Assembly: GCA_964433755.1 (NCBI GenBank)
Contig: CAYSSR010000005.1
Span: forward strand, 77,568 to 141,567
Reading direction: 5' to 3'
DNA: 64,000 bases
Origin: an uncultured Anaerolineales bacterium
GTDB lineage: Bacteria > Chloroflexota > Anaerolineae > UBA7937 > B3-Chlor
In this document: one piece after another, positions 48,307 to 59,685 of the stretch
How positions within the stretch are numbered: the first letter of the stretch is position 1
Layout: the number at the start of each line of letters is the position of its first letter
Made by a program: the position numbers and the translations under genes
Notes under the pieces: model-generated
Database searches by the model: none
What the model saw: only the letters and a program-made list of their open reading frames with translations
What the model was told of the DNA's origin: nothing

Positions 48307-48336
48307 ATTATACTACACATATCACAGGCCTGGCAA
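48307..48336 (-). promoter_or_regulatory. Sigma70-like promoter of the pyr operon
   Basis: On the minus strand: TTGCCA, 18 nt spacer, TATAAT. Confidence 0.6.
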
Positions 48337-48436
48337 ATGCTCACGGCGGCCGCGCCAGGATATCGTCAGCGCACAGTCACGAGTAGTGATCATCCCGCAA
48401 TCAGGTGGTCACCCATCAGGAGAAGCCCTGTGCCGG

Positions 48437-49210
48437 CTAGAGCGTGTAGAACTCTATGAGACGCTTCTCCGCCTCTCCTTCTATGTGGGCCACGACCTCC
48501 ACGAACGGCGCGATGCTGGAGTTTCGCAACTTGCGTCCCAGGAGCTCGTCCACCTGGAAGATGCCCGCGGAGTTGCTCATGGTGATCTCCACCCGCACCG
48601 GTTTCTCAGCTCCAGGCAAGAGGCGAACCCTGTCGACAGCCGCAGCCGACACCGAGTGTATGTTGGTGACGCCAGCCTCGAAGGGGATCCGCGATCGGCC
48701 CCTCGTCATGTCCAGCGAGTCGGCCACCTTGACGATGCCGGCTTCGATGGTGAGACAGCTCCGGTCCCAGTGGTGGGCGCTGACCGCGTGGAGGATCTCC
48801 GAGACCATGATCGTGCGCTGCGGGACACCGTACAGACCATCCAGCAGTTCCTTGGCCTTACCGTTGGCCAGACTGACCGAGTAGAGTTCGTGATCGTCAC
48901 GGTGGACGGTGATGCCCAGGTCGTGAAGGCAAGATGCCAACACCACGACGATCTCTGCGTCGTCGTTGGTGAGACCATAGTGCGTCACCACGCTCATCTC
49001 GATGCCGGCTTTGGCCAGCATTCTGAGCAGCTTCAGAGCCATGTTGGCCACGATCTTGATGTGCACCGGCCCGTGATCGGGGTAGCCCAGGCGGTCTACG
49101 GAGTTGATGTTGACGCAGCGCCATAACTGAAGCAGTTCCTCGTCCGCGTTGATTCGGTCCACGACCTGGTGTAGAAGCTGGTTCTTGCCTGTAGGTATCT
49201 GGAAGGCCAC
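48437..49210 (-). CDS. HD-domain metal-dependent phosphohydrolase
   Basis: GTG start after AAGGAGGAGG. HD pattern GPVHIKIV ... CLHDLG ... HRDDHE ... SAHH ... VADSLD. Confidence 0.75.
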   Translation of the reverse strand: MAFQIPTGKNQLLHQVVDRINADEELLQLWRCVNINSVDRLGYPDHGPVHIKIVANMALKLLRMLAKAGIEMSVVTHYGLTNDDAEIVVVLASCLHDLGITVHRDDHELYSVSLANGKAKELLDGLYGVPQRTIMVSEILHAVSAHHWDRSCLTIEAGIVKVADSLDMTRGRSRIPFEAGVTNIHSVSAAAVDRVRLLPGAEKPVRVEITMSNSAGIFQVDELLGRKLRNSSIAPFVEVVAHIEGEAEKRLIEFYTL

Positions 49211-49349
49211 GGCGCACCTCCTCCTTGCTGAGTGTGTCGAAAGCGGTCGGTAGCAGAGCGGCGCATCCCCTCAGAGGGGGGTCCTCGGCCAGAGGTCCTG
49301 TGTGGTAACGGCGGCCTTGCACCGCGGTGGCGATATCGGTATGCTTGGC

Positions 49350-49379
49350 ATTATACCAGCTGCCGAAGCATACGGCCAA
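49350..49379 (-). promoter_or_regulatory. Sigma70-like promoter of the HD phosphohydrolase gene
   Basis: On the minus strand: TTGGCC, 18 nt spacer ending in TGG (extended -10), TATAAT. Confidence 0.5.
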
Positions 49380-49627
49380 GGAACGGTGACGTGAGCGGAA
49401 AGGCGCACTCCGAGGGTTCACGGATCTCGGCCTCGCTGCGTATCCTGAGTTCAAGCGTGGACCAGTCTGGGTCGTGCTGGGGTTTCCAGCGCTTTCACCG
49501 GTGTGAGCGACTGCCTGCTTGCACGGTATCGCTCCAGGCAATCCGCGTGCCCGTCAGTGGTGTGCGCGATGGGGCATGGCAGGAATCGATAACGTGATCC
49601 TAGGGGTGAGCGCATCACTGTGCAGAC

Positions 49628-49655
49628 TTGACATCTGGAGCCAGCGTGGTATAAT
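49628..49655 (+). promoter_or_regulatory. Sigma70-like promoter of the multi-cNMP-domain gene
   Basis: TTGACA, 16 nt spacer ending in TGG (extended -10), TATAAT, 65 nt upstream of the ATG. Confidence 0.65.
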
Positions 49656-49720
49656 AGCGGTTGTTTATCTCTGGACAACTCTCCGGCCCGCCCAGGGTAC
49701 GGAAGTGAAAGGGAGACACT

Positions 49721-52369
49721 ATGGAGAAATGGCATCTCGAATCGCCTGTCTTTTCCGCCCTCACGGATGAAGAGAGGCGCAGCATAGCCACCGAGATGCA
49801 GCCCCAGAGCTTTCAGGAAGGACAGAGCATTTTCCTGGAGGGCACACCCAGCGAGGCGATGTACGTCGTCGATCGTGGCTGGGTCCGCATACTGTCCGAG
49901 CAGGGCGGTAGGAAGGTCGTTCTCGCCAACCTGGGCCCAGGCAGTGTGCTGGGAGACGCGGACTTCTTCGTGGACGGACCCTATTCCTCCAGCGCCGAGG
50001 CCGCCTCTGAGGTCAAGCTGTGGGCCCTTAGCAAGGCCGACCTGAAACAACTGATTACCAGGGAGCCAGCGATCGGCGTCAAGCTGAGCCTGGCTCTTGG
50101 TGCCAAGGTGGTCCAGGTAACGGAGTACCTGGCCGAGAGTCGTCTGCCTGGTATCCCGTTCTTCACCCAGTTGTCGAGGGAGAGCCTCCTGGGGTTGGCG
50201 AACAAGCTAGAGATCAAGAGATGCCAGCGAGGCGATACTGTCTGCTGGCTGGGTGCACCAGGTGAGACGATGTACATCGTCGAGTCTGGCGAGGTGGAGG
50301 TGATCCTCGGACCGGAGAGCGACGAGGTCCCCAGGCCGCTTGCGGAGGGTGACTTGTTGGGGGAGATGGCCCTTCTGGCGAGAAAGCCGTACGCCGCGAC
50401 CTACAGGGTGTCCAGCGATACTGTGCTCTGGTCTCTCTCTCGTGCAGACTTCGACGATCTGGTGAGTGAGTTTCCCCCCATCCGCCAAGCGTTGTCCCGT
50501 GCGCTGAGCCAGCATCTGAGCCCAGAGGACCGGGCGATGGCGGAACAGCGGTTGGAGACTATCCCTCTCTTTGCCGACTTGCCTCCCGACGTGCTGTCGA
50601 AGGTTGGTCAGCGGTTGGTGCTTCAACACTATCCACAGGGTGAACTGGTCTTCTCCGCAGGGGATCCAGGGGACAGCCTGTACGTGATCGAGTCTGGCGA
50701 GGTGAAGCTGGCCTCTGAGACGACGACTGGTGACTCCACCGTGGCTTGGCTGGAGGCGAGCGAGTGGTTCGGTGAGATGGCCTTGCTGACCGGCAAGACG
50801 CGCTCGGTGAAGGCGCAGGCTATGACCGACACCAATCTCTGGGTGCTCTACAAGAACGACTACGACGACTTGATGGTGGAGCATCCAGCGATCAGCGTAG
50901 CTTTGGGTAAGGTGCTGAGCGAACGTCTGTCAGAGGGCTTCAGGGAGACTCGTCCCAGGGCCACGCCCACCAGGATGCGCGAGATGCCGTTCCTGGCGGA
51001 GCTGACCGATGTGGAGTTGGAGGACGTCAGCCGGCGTTTGCAGTCAGTAGAGAGGGTATCTGGAGAGGTCCTGTTCTCCATGGGAGATCCCGGGGACAGG
51101 ATGTACTTGATCGAGTCCGGTCGGGTGGAGGTACGTACCACATCCGCGGAGGGGCAGACGACTCTGGCCGAGCTCGGGGCCGGCGAACTGGTGGGTGAGA
51201 TGGCGCTGCTGAGCGGAAAACCGCGCACAGCGACGGCCCGCGCGGCCAGCGATCTCCAGTTGTGGGCCCTGGACAAGGACGATTTCGACGAGCTCACCCA
51301 CAAGTACCCTCGCTTCGTACTGGCTATCAGCCGGGCCCTCAGTGACCGGTTGGAGAGCACCTCGGTGGCGCAGGCGGCCCCTGCCAAGACCGAGAAGGTC
51401 GTGCGGCCCAAGCCCGTCGTCAAACCCAGGAAGAAGGAGCAGCCCAGACCGCGCCGGGAGCTGGGCTTGGTAAACAATGTGCGGGGTTCCGTGGTGTGGC
51501 TGATCAGCCGTAGCACGGGAGTCAAGCTGCGTCTGGCCGTCGTGGGGTTCCTGGCCTTGTGGCTCTGTGGGATCACCCTCCCGGCAACGGTGTTATCGTC
51601 GGTGCCATTGGAGAAGGATGACTTGCTGGCAGTGTTCGAGTCTCCAACTCCGACACAAGAGCTGATGATGGAGGAATCTCCACAGCGTGCGCTGGAGAGC
51701 CCCGTGCCCACCGATACTCCCACGCCCACGGAGGTTCCTGTGGATGCACCTCCAGAGCCGGGAGGCGCTGAAGCGGCGGTGATTCTGGCGGTTGTGCCTA
51801 CTGAAACGCCCACACCTGAGCCTCCTACTCCGACGCCGACCACGGTGCCGCCGACACCACGGCCAGCAGCGCCGACGGCGACACCTACTCCAGAGACTGC
51901 GGCCAACGTGATGGGAAGCGGGAGAGTGACCACTCCGACGGTGAAGGTCTACGACATGGACGGTATCCCGCGAGACCTGGACTGGGCCAATAGCAAGTAC
52001 GGAGGCTGGATAGACTACGGCCAGCCGAGTGGAGGAGCGTGTTTCCGCATCGTCGAACTGAGGGAGAGGTCAGGCCCATCCAACATTGACGTCTGGGTTC
52101 TGGACGAGAACGGGAACCCCTTGCCCAACATGATGCTGCGTTTCGACTGGCCCGGTGACGAGGTTCGCCAGGCCACCGATATCGAGGGCAAGGTCGGATT
52201 CGCTCTTGGCATGGGTTCCTACATCTACGATCCGCACGTCGGTGGTCCACATACCATACGTCTGGAGTGCCAGTACCCGTCAGACGTGGCCATGAACTGG
52301 GGACATCTGGCGGGAACGCCGCATGATCACCTGGATATCGTTTTCCAACTGGTACGCAGCGGACGCTAG
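49721..52369 (+). CDS. Protein with four cyclic-nucleotide-binding domains, one TM helix, Thr/Pro-rich linker and extracytoplasmic beta-rich domain
   Basis: Four repeats of the CAP_ED pattern ((I/L)..(E/Q)G......Y(V/I)(V/I)(E/D)(S/R)G.V.(V/I/L) ... GE(M)ALL ... R.A(T/S)) occupy aa 1-540. Then a basic stretch, TM helix LRLAVVGFLALWLCGITLPATVL, a PTPTP linker and a C-terminal domain of about 150 aa. Confidence 0.8.
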   Translation: MEKWHLESPVFSALTDEERRSIATEMQPQSFQEGQSIFLEGTPSEAMYVVDRGWVRILSEQGGRKVVLANLGPGSVLGDADFFVDGPYSSSAEAASEVKLWALSKADLKQLITREPAIGVKLSLALGAKVVQVTEYLAESRLPGIPFFTQLSRESLLGLANKLEIKRCQRGDTVCWLGAPGETMYIVESGEVEVILGPESDEVPRPLAEGDLLGEMALLARKPYAATYRVSSDTVLWSLSRADFDDLVSEFPPIRQALSRALSQHLSPEDRAMAEQRLETIPLFADLPPDVLSKVGQRLVLQHYPQGELVFSAGDPGDSLYVIESGEVKLASETTTGDSTVAWLEASEWFGEMALLTGKTRSVKAQAMTDTNLWVLYKNDYDDLMVEHPAISVALGKVLSERLSEGFRETRPRATPTRMREMPFLAELTDVELEDVSRRLQSVERVSGEVLFSMGDPGDRMYLIESGRVEVRTTSAEGQTTLAELGAGELVGEMALLSGKPRTATARAASDLQLWALDKDDFDELTHKYPRFVLAISRALSDRLESTSVAQAAPAKTEKVVRPKPVVKPRKKEQPRPRRELGLVNNVRGSVVWLISRSTGVKLRLAVVGFLALWLCGITLPATVLSSVPLEKDDLLAVFESPTPTQELMMEESPQRALESPVPTDTPTPTEVPVDAPPEPGGAEAAVILAVVPTETPTPEPPTPTPTTVPPTPRPAAPTATPTPETAANVMGSGRVTTPTVKVYDMDGIPRDLDWANSKYGGWIDYGQPSGGACFRIVELRERSGPSNIDVWVLDENGNPLPNMMLRFDWPGDEVRQATDIEGKVGFALGMGSYIYDPHVGGPHTIRLECQYPSDVAMNWGHLAGTPHDHLDIVFQLVRSGR

Positions 52370-52394
52370 TACCAGCAGATGGCAAGCGTGCAAA

Positions 52395-52420
52395 CAAGGG
52401 AGGGCTATAGCCCTCCCTTG
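52395..52420 (+). terminator. Intrinsic terminator after the cNMP-domain gene
   Basis: Stem of 11 bp caagggagggc / gccctcccttg with loop tata, followed by TAGTTGTTT. Confidence 0.7.
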
Positions 52421-52472
52421 TAGTTGTTTACAGAATCAGCACTAAGATAGTGGAGTTGAGAAAGGAGCAGTA

Positions 52473-53579
52473 ATGGCTGAGAAGGTGACCCTTAGTGTCA
52501 TCAAGGCTGACGTTGGCGGGTACGTAGGTCACTCTAGCATGCACCCCGCTCTGATAGAGGAGGCGGAGGAGAAGCTAGAGGGGGCCAAGCGCGACGGGAC
52601 GCTGATCGACTTCCGCGTCTCCCGTGTCGGCGACGACCTGGAGTTGATCATGACCCACCGCAAGGGCGTAGACGACTCGGGGATCCACAAGCTGGCTTGG
52701 AACACCCTGGAGGCGGCAACCAACGTGGCCAAGAGCCTGAAGCTGTACGGAGCAGGGCAGGACCTGCTCAGCGATGCCTTCTCGGGCAACGTCAAAGGAA
52801 TGGGACCAGGCGTGGCGGAGATGGAGTTCCTGGAGAGGGAGTCGGAGCCGGTCTTGATCTTCATGGCCGACAAGACCTCCGCCGGCGCTTGGAACATGCC
52901 CCTGGTCAAGATGTTCGCCGATCCTTTCACTACCATCGGCTTGGTGATCTCTCCGGCGATGCACGATGGGTTCAGGTTCGAGGTCCATGACGTGCTGGAG
53001 AGCAAGAGGATCTATTTCGACTGCCCCGATGAACTGTATGACATGCTGGTCTTCGTCGGAGCGCCAGCGCGCTTCATGATCAAGGCCGTGTATCACCAGG
53101 GCACGGGTGACGTTGGCGCCGTGTCGTCGACGCAGCGTTTGAGCTTGCTTGCCGGGCGGTACGTGGGTAAGGACGACCCGGTTCTCATAGTACGGTCTCA
53201 GGGAACCTTCCCGGCCATCGGCGAGATCCTGGATCCCTTCGCGTTCCCGCATCTGGTGGAAGGGTGGATGCGTGGCTCTCACCATGGGCCGTTGATGCCG
53301 GTTTCCGAACCAGAGAGCAACCCCAGTCGCTTCGATGGTCCCCCACGGGTGGTCTGCCTGGGTTTCCAGCTCTGCAACGGATCCCTCGTCGGTCCACGCG
53401 ACATGTTCGACGATCCCAGCTTCGACGAAGCACGCCGCATGGCTAATACCGCCGGCGAATACCTGCGGCGCCACGGTCCCTTCGAGCCGCACCGTCTACC
53501 TCTCGACGAGATGGAATACACCACCATGCCTCAGGTGGTGAAGAGGCTCGAAGGTCGTTTCGAGGCCCTGCCGAGCTAG
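52473..53579 (+). CDS. fbp: Fructose-1,6-bisphosphate aldolase/phosphatase (class V FBPase)
   Basis: The N-terminal block LSVIKADVGGYVGHSSMHP and the remainder are collinear with the archaeal-type bifunctional FBP aldolase/phosphatase as I recall it. Length about 368 aa. Confidence 0.88.
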   Translation: MAEKVTLSVIKADVGGYVGHSSMHPALIEEAEEKLEGAKRDGTLIDFRVSRVGDDLELIMTHRKGVDDSGIHKLAWNTLEAATNVAKSLKLYGAGQDLLSDAFSGNVKGMGPGVAEMEFLERESEPVLIFMADKTSAGAWNMPLVKMFADPFTTIGLVISPAMHDGFRFEVHDVLESKRIYFDCPDELYDMLVFVGAPARFMIKAVYHQGTGDVGAVSSTQRLSLLAGRYVGKDDPVLIVRSQGTFPAIGEILDPFAFPHLVEGWMRGSHHGPLMPVSEPESNPSRFDGPPRVVCLGFQLCNGSLVGPRDMFDDPSFDEARRMANTAGEYLRRHGPFEPHRLPLDEMEYTTMPQVVKRLEGRFEALPS

Positions 53580-53833
53580 GGCTGACAGCGCTCACCAGCT
53601 AGCCTGGCCGGTGTGTCGTCTCTCCGTCGATTGGGTAGAGGAGGGCATCGGCCAGGATCGGTCTCCAACAGACTGTACTGGCAGGCTAAGTGACGAAGGC
53701 TGGCTCGCGCAAGCTGGCAGGCGAGGTCGAGACCTGAACAGCTCGTGTCCCCGGCCAGTTGTCGAGCATCCGAACCCAGGCAAAGCGGCTTCCTCAGCAC
53801 TGCTGCATGGTCCGCCCCGGGCGCCCGTGTGGG

Positions 53834-54178
53834 CTAGAGAGCAGAGTGGATCTCGTCGAGCCGGGTTTTGGCCTCTGGGACCAACGCCAAGAACCGCTCT
53901 AGTTTCTCGCAGGCATACTCTTGGCAGAAGGCACAGTTATCTACACCGCGAACTACTCCGCAAGCCCGGATGTCGCATTCGAAGCAGTGCTGGAAATGCC
54001 TGGAGACCCCCGGTAGACAACCGTCGCAGTGGATGTCCTCTGACTTGATGTCTGCGTCGAACTGCTTGGACCAGCTTTCGGCTACCTTCTGGCGTTCCTC
54101 TTCGCTATCGTGCTGCGTAGCCAGATAGGCAGGGCATTCGCTGCATGTGAGACCGCAAAAGGCGATGATCCTTTCCAT
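53834..54178 (-). CDS. DUF3795-like Cys-rich protein
   Basis: ATG at 54178. The pattern FCGLTCSECPAY ... HCDGC ... CFECDIRAC ... CAFCQEYAC matches DUF3795 proteins. Confidence 0.7.
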   Translation of the reverse strand: MERIIAFCGLTCSECPAYLATQHDSEEERQKVAESWSKQFDADIKSEDIHCDGCLPGVSRHFQHCFECDIRACGVVRGVDNCAFCQEYACEKLERFLALVPEAKTRLDEIHSAL

Positions 54179-54574
54179 GCTTGACAGCTCCTTCGTTGGT
54201 GTGGCGGCCGCTGCTGGCTGGCCTTGTGCTCCGAGCGGAATAGGGCTGGCGCCAGTATATCCTATCAGGGTTGATGTGTCAAGTGTTGTGGCTGGAGAGC
54301 GTGGAAAGCAAAGAGGCACAAGATGTGCCTGCTAGGCGGTTTCCGGTGGGTTCGCCGCTGGCCCGGCCCTTCGATACGACCTTCGGTCTACTCAGGGTGC
54401 GGCCACCGGCGAATGGGATGCCATGATTCCACACCCTGATGGCGAGTGGCCTGTGTGGTCGTCGCGAGAGGCCAGCCTTCACCCGAGGCAGAGAAGCGTG
54501 CCCTGGCAGCATGCCGGAGCCGCTGGCCCGGCACCTCCGTCTCGGTCAAGAAGCCGTCCGGCCCAGCCACGCTT

Positions 54575-54603
54575 TTGCGTGCTGAGAACGAATTCAGTAT
54601 AAT
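54575..54603 (+). promoter_or_regulatory. Sigma70-like promoter upstream of clpC
   Basis: TTGCGT, 17 nt spacer, TATAAT, 54 nt upstream of the ATG. Confidence 0.55.
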
Positions 54604-54656
54604 AGTTGTGTGGGGTGCCGAGGAACTCTACGACACCGGATGGATAGGAGGGCCTG

Positions 54657-57116
<2,460 letters not shown>

Positions 57117-57158
57117 CGAGCCTTCGTAGACGTCCCCAGAAAGGGTGGTTTCCACTTC

Positions 57159-58523
57159 ATGGCCAAGGGCCGCGCCAAGGCGATCTACGTCTGTCAGCAA
57201 TGCGGGGCCCAGTCGTTGAAGTGGGTGGGTCGCTGCCCAGACTGTGGCGAATGGAATAGCATGGTAGAGACGGTGGAGAGTAGGGATACTTCTCCACCGT
57301 CGTCTGTTAGGCCCCGAGGGAAACCCCAGCGTCTCGCCGACGTGCCGTCAGAGGGCTTCCAGAGGATCCCGGTACCCATGCCTGAGTTCAGCCGGGTGCT
57401 GGGCGGCGGCATCGTGCCCGGCTCCGTGGTGCTCATCGCAGGGGACCCGGGCATTGGGAAGTCCACGTTGCTGCTCCAGGTGGCAGCCTCGGTGAGCGGC
57501 AGCGTGGGGAAGGTCCTCTACGTCTCTGGTGAGGAGTCGGCTCCCCAGATCAAGAACCGCTCGCAACGGCTGGGCGTCTCGGCGGAGCAGGTGTACCTGC
57601 TGACGGAAACGGACGTGGATCTGATCGTAGATCACATCCACGAGCTCCAGCCGGAACTGGTAGTCGTCGATTCGATCCAGACTATCTCTGCCCCGGAATT
57701 GAGCTCGGCGGCGGGGAATATCAGCCAGGTGCGGGAGTCGGCCGCGCGTCTCACCGAGGTGGCCAAGGGGGAGGGCGTGCCGGTGTTCTTGGTGGGGCAC
57801 GTGACCAAGGAAGGCTCCATCGCGGGACCGAGGGTCCTAGAGCACATGGTGGATGCCGTTCTGTACCTGGAGGGCGAACGTTTTCACGCCTATCGCTTGC
57901 TGCGCAGCGTGAAGAACCGCTTTGGCTCGACGGACGAGATCGGCGTATTCGAGATGAGCGGCGAGGGGATGCTGGAGGTGAGCAACCCCTCAGAGGCCTT
58001 TCTGTCGGAACGGTCGGACGGGACGGGCTCGGCCATCGCTGTAACCCTCGAGGGCACCCGCCCTCTGCTGGTGGAGATCCAGGCGCTCACCAGCACCACC
58101 AGTTTCGGCCTACCCCGTCGCACGGCCAATGGCGTAGACTTCAACCGGTTGTTGCTGCTGGCGGCGGTGCTCAGCAAGCGTGTGGGGCTGCGGCTGCACG
58201 ACCAGGATATCTTCGTCAACGTGGTAGGTGGATTGAGGATCAACGAGCCGGCGGCGGACCTCAGCGTTGCGCTAGCCATCGCCTCCAGCTATCGCGACGT
58301 GCCGGTGGCTCAAGATCTCGCCGTGATGGGAGAGATAGGCTTGTCGGGCGAGCTGCGCTCCATCAGCCAGCCCATCAAGAGGCTCAACGAGGCGGCCAGG
58401 CTGGGCTTCACACGCTGCCTTCTGCCCCGGTCAGTCCGGCTGTCGAAGGACCGGCCGCCGGGGTTGGAGGTGGTACGAGCCGGCTCTCTCAGGGAGGCGC
58501 TGGACGTGGGCCTGGGCAAGTGA
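57159..58523 (+). CDS. radA: DNA repair protein RadA
   Basis: Zinc finger CQQCG ... CPDCGEWN, Walker A GDPGIGKST, a KNRFG motif, and a Lon-like C-terminal domain. Confidence 0.93.
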   Translation: MAKGRAKAIYVCQQCGAQSLKWVGRCPDCGEWNSMVETVESRDTSPPSSVRPRGKPQRLADVPSEGFQRIPVPMPEFSRVLGGGIVPGSVVLIAGDPGIGKSTLLLQVAASVSGSVGKVLYVSGEESAPQIKNRSQRLGVSAEQVYLLTETDVDLIVDHIHELQPELVVVDSIQTISAPELSSAAGNISQVRESAARLTEVAKGEGVPVFLVGHVTKEGSIAGPRVLEHMVDAVLYLEGERFHAYRLLRSVKNRFGSTDEIGVFEMSGEGMLEVSNPSEAFLSERSDGTGSAIAVTLEGTRPLLVEIQALTSTTSFGLPRRTANGVDFNRLLLLAAVLSKRVGLRLHDQDIFVNVVGGLRINEPAADLSVALAIASSYRDVPVAQDLAVMGEIGLSGELRSISQPIKRLNEAARLGFTRCLLPRSVRLSKDRPPGLEVVRAGSLREALDVGLGK

Positions 58524-59567
58524 TCACGACGCGTGTTTGAGGACCTTCAGAGCCCTCAGCGTGACCCACTTGCTGGGTTCTCTTTTCTCCTCGATGTCCA
58601 CCCAGGTCTTGCCGTTGTAGGTGTACTCCATCTTCCAGCGACCCTGCTGGTCCTGTTTGTTCGATACCAGATCCATGGCTGCTGCGAGCCTGGGATCGGA
58701 CCCGTATCCGAAGCTGGTGAGGACCTCCAGGTTCTGGAGGACGTCGGTGACGTAGAAGAGAGGGAAGCCGAACTGGAACCAGCTACGGGAGGGCTTGGTG
58801 GCGTAGCCCATGGGATAGTCGGCCACGGCAGGGTCCTTGCTGAGGAGGAACTCCAGGCCAGTGTCGATGGCTCTTTGGATCAAGGGCGTGCGCGCGTTCT
58901 GGGGCAGCTTGGAGAAACCCAGCATGACCTTGACCGCGCCCCAGGCGCAGGGCTTGCTGTCGTTGCCGCTACAGCAGAAGCCCGGGGCGCAGGTGGCGGA
59001 CTTGATGTAGTGCACCGGCGCGTCCTTCGCCTCCTGGGGAGCGATACCCTCGCCGGTGACAGCGCGAGCCATCCACTCCATGGCTCCATCCAGCCGTTCG
59101 TCTCCCAGCCAGCCCAGGTCCAGCAGGGCGGCGCTGAGGTTCCCCATCAGGCAGAGGATCGCCCCTCCCTGGGTGGCAGATGCGGAGAAGGACCCGTTCT
59201 TGTCGATGGCGTGCTCCAGCAGGTACTCGCAGGCTCTCTGTATGCGCTCATCGCTGCGGTCCGCACCTGACTGCGCCAGCATGGATAGCGACCAGACGAT
59301 GCTGCGGTACTTGGGGCGATAGCCTGGGCCAGGCTCTTCCCAGTAGCCCTCTGGCCTCTGCGCCTCTAGGATGGCCGGGACCGGACCGGTGGACATGACG
59401 GCCTGGCGGGCCTCAGCGAGCTCTGCTTGGTCGGGCTGGGTGCCCAGCAGTTCCTTCAGAGCAAAGTACCGGACGCCAGGGTTCGCGGCGTCCTCTTCGA
59501 GGAGCCAGGTCCTGGGGTCTTCGTTGAGCCTTGCGAGCCACTCTTCTGTCACGCTGCACCTCCACAC
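58524..59567 (-). CDS. Alpha-alpha toroid (prenyltransferase/terpene-cyclase-like repeat) protein, paralog 1
   Basis: QW-type motif KQDQQGRWKMEY near the C-terminus, with repeating helical-hairpin periodicity. About 70 percent identical by eye to the next gene. Confidence 0.6.
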   Translation of the reverse strand: MWRCSVTEEWLARLNEDPRTWLLEEDAANPGVRYFALKELLGTQPDQAELAEARQAVMSTGPVPAILEAQRPEGYWEEPGPGYRPKYRSIVWSLSMLAQSGADRSDERIQRACEYLLEHAIDKNGSFSASATQGGAILCLMGNLSAALLDLGWLGDERLDGAMEWMARAVTGEGIAPQEAKDAPVHYIKSATCAPGFCCSGNDSKPCAWGAVKVMLGFSKLPQNARTPLIQRAIDTGLEFLLSKDPAVADYPMGYATKPSRSWFQFGFPLFYVTDVLQNLEVLTSFGYGSDPRLAAAMDLVSNKQDQQGRWKMEYTYNGKTWVDIEEKREPSKWVTLRALKVLKHAS

Positions 59568-59685
59568 GTGGTGATCGTGCGATGCCTCGAATGCCGAAGG
59601 AGTCTACGGCAACTACAGGTGGATGTCAAGCCATTGCGGCGATACGACTGATTGATCTAGCCCTGAGGTGATCTCGCGTCAAGGG

